Position numbers and translations under genes: made by a program. 64,000 bases of DNA, from NCBI GenBank assembly GCA_021797795.1, contig JAJZZB010000004.1:6791-70790 (forward strand), written 5' to 3'. Positions 43,378 to 52,041 of the stretch are shown one piece after another (position 1 is the stretch's first letter; each line of letters opens with the position of its first letter). Source of the stretch: Actinomycetes bacterium. Lineage in GTDB: Bacteria; Actinomycetota; Acidimicrobiia; Acidimicrobiales; Bog-793. The notes under the pieces were generated by a model. That model made no database searches. It was not told where the DNA came from and worked only from the letters and a program-made list of their open reading frames with translations.

Positions 43378-44258
43378 GGGTTCAGCCCGGGGGCCCGGAG
43401 TCCGATGGCCTCGGCGGCGTCCGAGAGGGCGGCGAGATGCCCATCGAGCCCCCTGTAGCCCTGGCCCATGGTGTTGACCGAGAGGTGGGTCGCCCCGGCG
43501 TGCCGCCACGCCGCGACGGCCTCGAGGAGCGGTGCGGGATCGCCCGGCTCCCTGGTCACCCGACCCTCCATGCCGAGCAGGGCGGGGTCGCGCCCGTGCC
43601 TCTCGGCCGACTCGGCGACGATCTCCACCGCCTCCTCGAGCGCCGGACCCGGCGCGACCTGCGGGAACCAGCCGTCCGCCACCCGTCCGATCCGGCGGTA
43701 GGCGGCCGCGGAGTTGCCCCCCATCCAGACCGGGATCGGCCGTTGCACGGGCAGGGGGGAAAGCCCGGCACCGCGTACCTGGTCGAAGCGGCCCTCGTGG
43801 GTGAGCGAGCGCTCGGTCCACAGCCGGCGCAAGAGGGCGATCTGCTCCTCTTCTCTCGCCCCACGGGTGGCGAAGTCCTGCCCGAGCGCCTCGTACTCGA
43901 CGGCGTTCCACCCGACCCCTACGCCGAGGCGGAGGCGCCCCCCGCTCAGCAGGTCGACCTCGGCCGCCTGCTTGGCAACGAGTGCCGTCTGACGCTGCGG
44001 CAGGATGATGATCCCGGTGACGAGCTCGAGGTGGCTCACCGCCGCCAGAAATCCGAAGAAGACGAACGGCTCGTGGAAGGTGGTGTCGACGTCGTAGGGG
44101 CCCAGCCAGGGGGCGTGCACCTCTGGATCTGCGCCGAGCACGTGGTCGTAGACGAGCAGGTGCCCGAAGCCGAGGGACTCGACGTGCCGGACGTAGCTGC
44201 GGACCGCCTCCGGCTCCGGGGAGAGCTCGGTCTGGGGGTAGACGACGCCGATCTGCAT
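43362..44258 (-). CDS. LLM-class F420-dependent oxidoreductase (luciferase-like)
   Basis: ATG 44258 (MQIGVVYPQ..). Motifs: GFGHLLVYDH, GIIILPQRQTALVAKQAAEVDLLSGGRLRLGVGVGW, EEQIALLRRLWT. Confidence 0.8.
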   Translation of the reverse strand: MQIGVVYPQTELSPEPEAVRSYVRHVESLGFGHLLVYDHVLGADPEVHAPWLGPYDVDTTFHEPFVFFGFLAAVSHLELVTGIIILPQRQTALVAKQAAEVDLLSGGRLRLGVGVGWNAVEYEALGQDFATRGAREEEQIALLRRLWTERSLTHEGRFDQVRGAGLSPLPVQRPIPVWMGGNSAAAYRRIGRVADGWFPQVAPGPALEEAVEIVAESAERHGRDPALLGMEGRVTREPGDPAPLLEAVAAWRHAGATHLSVNTMGQGYRGLDGHLAALSDAAEAIGLRAPGLNPQRPS

Positions 44259-44325
44259 GGGCACCGTTCTAATCCCGGGCCCGCAGGCCTGCGGCGATGG
44301 ACCTACAGTGGCGCCTGGAGGCGCG

Positions 44326-44754
44326 ATGACGAGCAAGGGACGCAACGTCCGGGTCACCTTCGATGCCGCCGGCCTGCACCGGCTCGCCTGGTGGGCGGCA
44401 CTGCTCGGCTACCGGGTCGACGACGTCCACGAGGCCGTCACCGAGTTGCTGGCGGCGGGCACGATCGCCGAGGACGACGTCACCACGCTCGATGGGCGCT
44501 CGTGGTTCGCGGACGGCGCCGCCGCCAGCGACCCTGCCGGCCTCGGCTTCCGCCTGCACTTCCAGCGTGTCCCCGAGCCAAAGACGGCGGACAACAGCGC
44601 CCACCTCGACGTCCCGCTCGCCGCCGGCCGGCTCGAGGACGAGGTGGCGCGGCTCGTGGGCGACGGTGCCGCCCTCGTCGGCCACGAGAGCCAGCTGAAC
44701 CACCGCTGTGCCGTGCTCCTCGACCCGGAGGACAACAAGTTCTGCCTCCGCTGA
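44326..44754 (+). CDS. VOC/glyoxalase-like domain protein
   Basis: ATG 44326. The strings VTFDAAGLHRLAWWAALLGY .. LHFQRVPEPKTADNSAHLDV .. AVLLDPEDNKFCL match the glyoxalase-like pattern. Confidence 0.65.
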   Translation: MTSKGRNVRVTFDAAGLHRLAWWAALLGYRVDDVHEAVTELLAAGTIAEDDVTTLDGRSWFADGAAASDPAGLGFRLHFQRVPEPKTADNSAHLDVPLAAGRLEDEVARLVGDGAALVGHESQLNHRCAVLLDPEDNKFCLR

Positions 44755-44766
44755 GACGACGCGCTC

Positions 44767-44789
44767 AACCGGAGAGCCCGCCCGGGCGT
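44767..44789 (+). promoter_or_regulatory. candidate ECF-type promoter (AAC-N17-CGT)
   Basis: tcAACC at 44767-44769 and CGT at 44787-44789 are separated by 17 nt, about 28 nt upstream of the sigma-factor start. Weak evidence. Confidence 0.25.
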
Positions 44790-44816
44790 GTGAAGGGTCG
44801 TGGAAGGCGAGCGGGG

Positions 44817-45341
44817 GTGACGCAGGTGTCGGCGACGGGCCCGGCTGCCGGCGGCACCGCCGTGCCGACCGGGCTCGAGGCGCTCTTCCGGTCGAGTTAC
44901 GACAGCCTCGTCCAGATGGCCTCGGCGATCACCGACGAGCCGGGCGACGCTGTCCAGGACGCCTTCGTCGAGGCCTATCGTCACTGGCCACAGGTGGGGG
45001 CCTACGACAACCCGGCTGCCTGGCTGAGGCGCGTGGCGATGAACAAGGCTCTCGACCGGGCGCGGCGCCGCGGAACCGAACGGCGGGGCATCGCCCGCCT
45101 CGTCCACCGCGAGGCCGCCGCCCCCGAGACCGCCGCCGCCGAGCGCCTCGACGTCCGGGCAGCCATCTCCGCCCTGCCCGAGCGTCAGCGCCTCGCCATC
45201 GTCCTCTACTACCTCGGCGACCTGTCGGTCGACGAGGTGGCCGAGACGATGGCCGTCTCGGCGGGGACCGTGAAGGCGGCTCTGCACGCCGCCCGTGCCC
45301 GACTCGAGCGTCTCCTGGAGGTGGACGACGATGCCAGATGA
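44817..45341 (+). CDS. ECF (sigma-70 family) RNA polymerase sigma factor
   Basis: GTG 44817 within a long track ORF. Region 2: DAVQDAFVEAYRHW .. NPAAWLRRVAMNKALD. Region 4: LPERQRLAIVLYYLGDLSVDEVAETMAVSAGTVKAALHAAR. Confidence 0.85.
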   Translation: MTQVSATGPAAGGTAVPTGLEALFRSSYDSLVQMASAITDEPGDAVQDAFVEAYRHWPQVGAYDNPAAWLRRVAMNKALDRARRRGTERRGIARLVHREAAAPETAAAERLDVRAAISALPERQRLAIVLYYLGDLSVDEVAETMAVSAGTVKAALHAARARLERLLEVDDDAR

Positions 45342-46923
45342 CGACCGCTTGAGGACCCTCGTCAGGTCGGCTGCACCGACCCCCGATTCCCGGCCCTTCG
45401 AGCTCGACGCCGTGTGGGGATCGATCGTCGAGCGGGCCGAGACCGGGACGGTGAAGGGTGCACCGGCCGGCGACTGGTGGACCGCGCCCAGGCGCATCGC
45501 CGTCCTGGCGACGGTGGCGGCGGTCACCGTGGCGGCTGTCACCGTGCCCTTGGCGCTTCGTGGCGGCGGCCCGGTGCCAACGTCGCCGACCGTGACCATC
45601 GGCGGCGCACCCTACGGCTCCGGCCCGCTCGCCGATGCCTCGCTCACGCCGCCGGGCTGGTCACCGGTGGCGCTCGGCGACGCCCAGATCTCCGTCCCGT
45701 CCTCCTGGCTCCTCGAGAGCCGCAGCGTCCACGCCTGCTCCAGCCGGGTCGGGGGATGGGTCGTCCTCGGCGAGCCCGATACGGCCGTCCAATGCTTTGG
45801 AGCCGGGGGCACCTCCAGGCCGAAGAACGTCGTCTCGATCGTGCGCGTCCCCCGTTCGAGCGGGGGGAGCGCCGGATCCTTCGGAGGCAACGGTCCGGCG
45901 CCGCGATGGGGGTTCGGTGACGAGGTCACCGCCACCGGGCCGCTCGCCCGGAAGGTGCTCGCCACCCTGACGCGCTCGCCGCTCTCGGTCGTGCTCGCGA
46001 GGAGCGACGTGGCGGCGCCGGCCACTTGGCGGACCGTGAGTTTCGCCGGCCTCTCCTTCGCCGTCCCGAGAAGCTGGCCCGAGCAGCACGCGCAGGACTG
46101 GCTCGGTTGCGTGCCCGAGCTCGTGGCGCACGCCGTCGTCCTCGACACCGCCTCGGTCAGCACCGCCGGGGCCTCCTGCCCCGCCCCGGGCGACAGCGCC
46201 GGCGCCCATGCCGCCGCCCCAGGCCTCGTCGTCGCCGCGGGCAGGTACGTCCAGCCGGCGGCAAAGTCGTCCCGCTGCATGAGGCTCCACAGCCTCACGG
46301 TCTGCGTCGAGCCCGCCAGCCCCTCGAGCACCATCCTCTCGCTCTCGGTGCGCCAGCGCGGCTCCTCGGTGCCCGTCGACCTGCAGCTCGGACTGGCAGG
46401 AACAGGAGCGGTTCCCCGGGCGATCCTCGACTCGCTCCGCCCGGCGGGCGACAAGCTGCTGGCGGAGCCCCCCTGCAGCGCCGGCCTGCTCACCCTCCGC
46501 CCGGGTTCCTACGGCGAGGCGATGGGCCAGTACTCGCAGGCGCTCACATTCACCGACGCCTCGGGGAGCACCTGCGTCCTGTCGGGCTGGCCGAGCATCG
46601 CGCTCGCCGGCCCGACCGGGTTCCCGACGGGCTCGCACAACGTGCGGGTGCGCCAGGCGCCTCCCTCGCAGCCCGCCTCCTCGCCGGTCGTGCTCCAGCC
46701 GGGCGAGAGCGCCTCGGTCGCCCTCTATGGACCCGACTGGAACGCTGTCGCCAACACCACCTGCCCGGAGAGCTCGGCGGCGTCGGTGACGCTGCCCTCG
46801 GGCGGTCCGGCGCTCACCGTGCCCCTCAAGGTGCCCGACTGCGCGGTGCCGTACGTCGCCCCCTTCATCCCGGGGCGCTCCGACCGCCTCGAGTGGGACG
46901 CGGTGGTGAGCGGGCAGCCCTAG
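45331..46923 (+). CDS. single-pass membrane protein with C-terminal DUF4232-like domain (possible anti-sigma partner)
   Basis: ATG 45331 overlaps the sigma gene by 11 nt. TM: IAVLATVAAVTVAAVTVPLAL. C-terminal Cys-framed domain: C..LTL..TFTDASGSTCVLSGWPSIAL .. VVLQPGESASV .. C. No zinc anti-sigma HxxxCxxC motif was seen. Confidence 0.6.
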   Translation: MPDDDRLRTLVRSAAPTPDSRPFELDAVWGSIVERAETGTVKGAPAGDWWTAPRRIAVLATVAAVTVAAVTVPLALRGGGPVPTSPTVTIGGAPYGSGPLADASLTPPGWSPVALGDAQISVPSSWLLESRSVHACSSRVGGWVVLGEPDTAVQCFGAGGTSRPKNVVSIVRVPRSSGGSAGSFGGNGPAPRWGFGDEVTATGPLARKVLATLTRSPLSVVLARSDVAAPATWRTVSFAGLSFAVPRSWPEQHAQDWLGCVPELVAHAVVLDTASVSTAGASCPAPGDSAGAHAAAPGLVVAAGRYVQPAAKSSRCMRLHSLTVCVEPASPSSTILSLSVRQRGSSVPVDLQLGLAGTGAVPRAILDSLRPAGDKLLAEPPCSAGLLTLRPGSYGEAMGQYSQALTFTDASGSTCVLSGWPSIALAGPTGFPTGSHNVRVRQAPPSQPASSPVVLQPGESASVALYGPDWNAVANTTCPESSAASVTLPSGGPALTVPLKVPDCAVPYVAPFIPGRSDRLEWDAVVSGQP

Positions 46924-46945
46924 GGGCGAGATGCGGGGCGGCTCC

Positions 46946-46974
46946 TTGACGCCCACCTCGACTGCCACCATGAT
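46946..46974 (+). promoter_or_regulatory. candidate sigma-70-type promoter TTGACG-N17-CATGAT
   Basis: Hexamers at 46946-46951 and 46969-46974, about 90 nt upstream of the peptidase ATG. Pattern match only. Confidence 0.25.
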
Positions 46975-47065
46975 CGCCTCCGGCGGCCTCGGGCCGCGGG
47001 GGCCGGAGATCCCGGGCCCCTGCCGGCAACGGAGGCATGCTGCCGGCAGGACAGAAGGGATCACG

Positions 47066-50000
47066 ATGCGCATCCGGCGGTCGGTCGGCGCTCTCGGCGC
47101 CGGCGCTCTCACGCTCGGGCTGCTCGCGACGGGGACGGCCCGCGCCGGGGCAACGGCGGCCGCCACGGTTGCCCCGGGGCGATCAGGCCTCGCCCCGCTC
47201 ACCGCCTCGGCGGCCGCCCGGCTCTCCCGCCGGGTCGACGAGCAGGTGATCGTCGTCATGCACGACCAGCACCTCACCGTGCCCGACACCCGCGCCGGTG
47301 CCGGGCGGCGCCAGCTGGCGCTCGGGGCCGAGCAGGCGCCGATCATCTCGGACCTCCGCCGCACCGGCTCCCGGGGGATCCATCCCCTCGAACTCGTGAA
47401 CGGCGTCGTGGCCACCGTCTCCGCCGGAGAGGCGAGGCGGCTCGCGAGCGACCCGGCCGTCTCCGAGGTGGCACCGGACCAGACCGTCTCGCTCGGCCCG
47501 GCGCCGAAGCTGCTCGCGGGCGCCCCGCTGGCCTCGCCGGCGCCGACCGCCACGAAGGTGGAACCGTCCTGTGCGAAGGGACCCGGCGGCGTCGAGCTCG
47601 ACCCCGAGGCGCTCTCGGTCATCCATGCCGACTCGACGAACCCGAACGAGCCGACCGCCCGCCGCCTCGGCTTCACGGGAGCGGGCGTGACGGTCGCCTT
47701 CATGGCCGAGCAGGTGAACGTCGAAGAGCCCGGCTTCATCCGCAGAAACGGGACACACGTGTTCACCGACTACCGGGACTTCACCGGCGAGGGACCGACG
47801 ACCGGCACCTTCGGCGGCGAGGCGATCCTCGACGCCAGCAGCATCGCCGCCCAGGGCAACCAGGTCTTCCAGCTCGGCTCGTGCAAGTTCCGGGTCGAGG
47901 GCGTGGCACCGGGGGCATCGCTCGTCGGCATCAAGGTCTTCCCCGAGGGTGCCCTCACGGCGACGACCTCGGCACTCCTCGAGGGCATCGACTACGCCGT
48001 CTCGCACGACCACGTGAACGTCCTCAACGAGTCGTTCGGCTACAACCCGCTCCCCGACACCGCCCGTGACCTCATCCGCCAGGCGGACGAGGCGGCGGTC
48101 CGGGCCGGGACGGTCGTCGTCGTCTCCTCGGGCGACGCCGGTCCGACGCAGACCTTCAGCTCCCCGGCGACCGCGCCGGGGGTCATCAGCGCCGGCGCCA
48201 CCACGACCCTGCGCGCCTACGCGCAGGTGGACATCGCCAACTACCACCAGATCGGGGCGCAGGGCTGGGTCGACGACAACATGAGCGCCCTCAGCTCCGC
48301 CGGCATCGCCGAGGACCTGAAGAGCCCGGACGTCGTCGCCCCGGGCGACCTCAACTGGACGCTCTCGAACTACCAGCCCGGCTCCTACCGCGCCGGCATC
48401 AGCGGCGGGACGAGCGAGGCGGCGCCGCTCACGGCCGGCGTGGCCGCGCTCGTCATCCAGGCATACCGCAGCGACCACGGCGCTGCGACGCCGTCGCCGG
48501 CACTTGTGAAGCGGATCATCACCTCCACCGCCACCGACCTCGGGCACCCCGGCTACGAGCAGGGCACCGGCCTGCTCAACGCCTACCAGGCCGTCGAGGC
48601 CGCCCTGTCGGTCTCAACGGCCGCCGGTGCCCCCCGCCACCACGGCGAGACGCTGCTCGAGGGCCGGGACCAGCTCCGCGCGATCGGCCTGCCGGGGGTG
48701 CGCAAAGCGTTCGGCCTGACCGTCACGAACACGGGCCAGGACACCCAGACCGTCCGGCTGGCCGGGCGCGTGCTCGGCGCCTACGCCCCGCTCCAGAGCA
48801 CGACCGTGACCCTCGGCACCCGGGTCGGCCGGCACTTCAACGGGCTCGACGCCCGGTTCGTCCCCTTCCGGGTGCCGCCGGGCGTCTCTCGTCTCGACGC
48901 GGCCATCGCAGCCCCGGCGAAGGACTACTCGATGGACCTCACGCTGCTCGATCCGGCGCACCGGTTCGTCGCCTACAGCCTCCCCGAGGGCTTCGCCAAC
49001 CACGGCGACGACCAGGTCCGCTTCCCGGCTGCGGGTACCTGGACGGCGGTCATCACCGACTACCCGGGCTCGCAGGGCGGCTACTCCGGGCCCGTGCGCT
49101 TCGAGGCGTCCGTCGCCCGCTATGAGTCCTTCGGCACGGCGATCCCGGGAAGGATGACGCTGCGGCCCGGTGCCTCGCGGACGGTCGCGTTCGTCGCCAC
49201 CACGCCGCCGGCACCCGGCGACCTCAGCGCGGCCCTCACGCTGCAGACCTCGGGCGGGGTTCACAGCGCCCTCCCGATCGCTCTCCGCAGCCTGGTCCCC
49301 CTGCGCCGAGGGGCGGACACCTTCTCCGACACCGTCACCGGCGGGAACGGCAGAGGGGGCGCCCCTGCGGCGACGGCCTTGTACCAGTTCGACGTACCGA
49401 CTGCAAGGCGGGCGCTCGACGTCCAGACCCTCGAATCGGCGCCAGCCCTCGATCCCTACGACCTCTACCTCGTCGACCCCGAGGGGGAGACGGTCGGCCA
49501 CTCGAGCAACGAGAGCATGGTCGGCACCTCGGCGTCCGGGCCGGGGAGGACCAAGGCGGGAGCGAGAGCCCACGTGCTCTGGCCGAAGGCGGGGCGCTGG
49601 ACGCTCGTGGTCGTGTTCTCGAACCCGGTGAGAGGAACGGCGCTCTCGAGCACGCTCCACGGCATCGTGAGCGTCGCCGAGATCCGGCCGAGGACCGCCG
49701 GCCTCCCCCGGAGCCCGAGCACGCGGCTGGCGGACGGGGTCGCCCACCTGGTGAGGATCACGGTCCGCAACAACGGTCCGGCGCCGGAGGCCTACTTCGT
49801 CGACGCCCGCTTCCACTGCTCGACCACCCTCTCGCTTCGCTCGATCACCCCGTCGGCCGACCTGAGGCTCCCGCTCGCCGTCTCGGCCGGGACGCCCCAG
49901 TGGATCGTCCCGACCGAGACGACCGGGCTCCTCGCGACGGCGAGGTCGACCGCTCCGGTGATCTTCGACTGGGCGCCCTACACGGGCAACCTCGGCGGGG

Positions 50001-50446
50001 CGCTCAACGGTGACCCGGACCTCGGCGCCGTGCGGAACGGCACCGGGGCCACGGCCACCTGGAGCCACACCCCGGTGACGCCGGGCGACTGGGAGATCGA
50101 CCCGGCCCTCGTCGGCCCCTTCGCCTCGGCCGCCCCGTCGGCGAAGGTGACCCTCTCGATGCGGGCGACGACGAAGGCCTTCGACCGGTCGGCGAGGTCG
50201 ACGACCGGCGACCTGTTTGCTCGTGCGGCCGGCCAGTCCTCGCAGCCGTTCCGCCCGGCCGTCGTCGGCCCCGGCCAGACGACGACGATCTACGTCACCA
50301 TCACGCCGAACGCCAAGAGCGGGACCGTCGTGCACGGCACCCTCTTCCTCGACGACGCCACCTCGCTCAGCCCGTTCGGACAGGCGGTGCCGTCCGGCCA
50401 GGAGCTCGCCTCCATGCCCTTCGCCTACACCGTGTCCGGCAGCTGA
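47066..50446 (+). CDS. secreted sedolisin-type (S53, S8/S53 clan) serine peptidase with ~600-aa C-terminal extension
   Basis: ATG 47066 with SD gaaggga. Signal peptide: MRIRRSVGALGAGALTLGLLATGTARA. S53-like catalytic motifs: GGEAILD (Glu/Asp), VVSSGDAG (Asp), SGGTSEAAPLTAG (Ser). No S8 HGTH motif is present. Confidence 0.75.
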   Translation: MRIRRSVGALGAGALTLGLLATGTARAGATAAATVAPGRSGLAPLTASAAARLSRRVDEQVIVVMHDQHLTVPDTRAGAGRRQLALGAEQAPIISDLRRTGSRGIHPLELVNGVVATVSAGEARRLASDPAVSEVAPDQTVSLGPAPKLLAGAPLASPAPTATKVEPSCAKGPGGVELDPEALSVIHADSTNPNEPTARRLGFTGAGVTVAFMAEQVNVEEPGFIRRNGTHVFTDYRDFTGEGPTTGTFGGEAILDASSIAAQGNQVFQLGSCKFRVEGVAPGASLVGIKVFPEGALTATTSALLEGIDYAVSHDHVNVLNESFGYNPLPDTARDLIRQADEAAVRAGTVVVVSSGDAGPTQTFSSPATAPGVISAGATTTLRAYAQVDIANYHQIGAQGWVDDNMSALSSAGIAEDLKSPDVVAPGDLNWTLSNYQPGSYRAGISGGTSEAAPLTAGVAALVIQAYRSDHGAATPSPALVKRIITSTATDLGHPGYEQGTGLLNAYQAVEAALSVSTAAGAPRHHGETLLEGRDQLRAIGLPGVRKAFGLTVTNTGQDTQTVRLAGRVLGAYAPLQSTTVTLGTRVGRHFNGLDARFVPFRVPPGVSRLDAAIAAPAKDYSMDLTLLDPAHRFVAYSLPEGFANHGDDQVRFPAAGTWTAVITDYPGSQGGYSGPVRFEASVARYESFGTAIPGRMTLRPGASRTVAFVATTPPAPGDLSAALTLQTSGGVHSALPIALRSLVPLRRGADTFSDTVTGGNGRGGAPAATALYQFDVPTARRALDVQTLESAPALDPYDLYLVDPEGETVGHSSNESMVGTSASGPGRTKAGARAHVLWPKAGRWTLVVVFSNPVRGTALSSTLHGIVSVAEIRPRTAGLPRSPSTRLADGVAHLVRITVRNNGPAPEAYFVDARFHCSTTLSLRSITPSADLRLPLAVSAGTPQWIVPTETTGLLATARSTAPVIFDWAPYTGNLGGALNGDPDLGAVRNGTGATATWSHTPVTPGDWEIDPALVGPFASAAPSAKVTLSMRATTKAFDRSARSTTGDLFARAAGQSSQPFRPAVVGPGQTTTIYVTITPNAKSGTVVHGTLFLDDATSLSPFGQAVPSGQELASMPFAYTVSGS

Positions 50447-50480
50447 GCTCCGCCACGAGACAGACCGCCACGGCCCGGTC

Positions 50481-50499
50481 GGCCCCCCGGGCGGGGGCC
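50481..50499 (+). terminator. GC stem-loop after the peptidase gene
   Basis: ggccccc / gggggcc form a 7-bp stem with loop cgggc, 35 nt after the stop. There is no T-run. Confidence 0.3.
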
Positions 50500-50531
50500 G
50501 CCGGGCGCACCGTCGGGGCGAAGGAGGAGGC

Positions 50532-51345
50532 CTGTTCGAGGCCCACCGGGAGCAGAGAGCGGAGAAGGCCTACGAGGCGGGGCTCACCAGACGGACCGGC
50601 GAGCGGGCGGGACACGCCAACCTCCTCGAGCTGGCGACGAGCTTCGAGGGCGACGAGACCGACGAGATCCTCCTCACCGCGGGGAGCAGCTGTTCTTCCA
50701 GGTGACGAGCGCCTCGCTCGTCGAGGAGCGGCGCGGCCCCGGGCACTACGAGGGAGTCCTCGGGCCTGTCCGTTCCCGTCGCCACGATCGGCGCTCGCTC
50801 TGTCCGCTACCGGGTCGGTGCCACCCGGGGGGCACGAGGTCTCGCGGACGCCGAGCCCGACGTCCGTCGACACCGGGACGGTCTTGCTCACGAGCCGGCG
50901 GGGGTGATCTTCGAGGGCTCCTCGCCCACCCGCGAGGGCGCCTTCTCCAAGCAGGTCGGCGTCACGACGACGCCGAGGGCACGTCGAGCTTCTCCGTCTC
51001 GAACCGGCCGAAGCCGACGTTCGTCCACTACGGGCCGAAGGTGTCCGCCGCCTTCGACTTCCGCACGGACCTCGCCCTCGCCCACTACCGCGACAGCGTG
51101 GACGACTCGTGGCCCGGCTGCGCCCGAGCTCGACGGGATCGACCTGGGCGCCCACCGCCTGCGCCGCAGGGCCCAGCCGAGTCGAGAGGCGCCCTCCATC
51201 CGCCTCCCTGGCACAGGGGCTCGCTACGGTGTGCCGGACGCACCGGCGGACGCCGGCGACCGCCGGTCGAACGACTGCGTGCGGGACTTCTCGGGTGCCC
51301 TCCCCTCGGGGCGCTCCGCACTTCACCACGAGCCTCAAAGGACCA
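50532..51345 (+). pseudogene. multi-frameshifted remnant of a conserved hypothetical gene
   Basis: A protein-like reading needs four or more frame changes. Pieces, in order: LLELATSFEGDETDEILLTAG; EQLFFQVTSASLVEERRGPGHYEG; SSGLSVPVATIGARSVRYRVGATRG; HEVSRTPSPTSVDTGTVLLTSRR; VIFEGSSPTREGAFSKQVGV; GTSSFSVSNRPKPTFVHYGPKVSAAFDFRTDLALAHYRDSVDDS. The strong SD aaggaggagg at 50521 has no ATG/GTG after it. The 3' limit is uncertain. Confidence 0.5.
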
Positions 51346-51351
51346 CCCAGA

Positions 51352-52032
51352 ATGTCTCCCGCCAGACGACCAGCCCGACCCTCCGACGTCTCGTCGGCCC
51401 GCAGGCAGGCCCCGCGGATCCAGCTCGCCTACTCGATCCCCGTCCCGCTCCGAAACGGGGTGGCCAGCGTGGAGATCCGTGTCAGCACGCGGCGCCGCAA
51501 GAGCTCGCAGGCCCACCTCGAGTCCGGCAAGGTCGTCGTCGTCGTCCCCGCCCACCTGTCGACGGCCGAGCGGGAGGAGGTGGCCGCCCGGCTGGCCTTC
51601 AGGATGCTCGACCATTCCGCCCGGCGGGCCGTCGGATCGGACCGCGAGCTCGAGGCCCGCGCCCGGGAGCTCGCCGACGCCTATCTCGACGGTGTTCGCC
51701 CGACCTCGATCCGCTTTGTCACCAACCAGGCGCGTCGCTGGGGATCGTGCACGCCATCGACGGGGGCGATCCGACTCTCCTCCCGCCTGAGGAGCCTCCC
51801 GACGTGGGTGCTCGACGCCGTCCTGCTGCACGAGCTGGCTCACCTCCTCGAGCCCTCCCACTCGGCCCGCTTCAAGGCTCTCTGCGCCCGCTACCCGCGC
51901 CACGCCGAGGCCGACGCCTACCTGCTCGGCTTCGAGCACGGCGCCGGGACGGCCGGCATGCCGCTCGGCCCGCTGCCCGCGCGAGGATGGTCGTCCGACG
52001 ATGTCGAGGAGCCGGGAGGCGGCCTCCGGTAG
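51352..52032 (+). CDS. YgjP-like (DUF45/M48-related, SprT-like) metal-dependent hydrolase
   Basis: ATG 51352 within ORF 51109-52032. Motifs: RWGSCTPSTGAIRLSSRL, VLLHELAHLLEPSHSARF (HExxH-type zinc motif). Confidence 0.75.
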   Translation: MSPARRPARPSDVSSARRQAPRIQLAYSIPVPLRNGVASVEIRVSTRRRKSSQAHLESGKVVVVVPAHLSTAEREEVAARLAFRMLDHSARRAVGSDRELEARARELADAYLDGVRPTSIRFVTNQARRWGSCTPSTGAIRLSSRLRSLPTWVLDAVLLHELAHLLEPSHSARFKALCARYPRHAEADAYLLGFEHGAGTAGMPLGPLPARGWSSDDVEEPGGGLR

Positions 52033-52041
52033 CGTCCGGGG

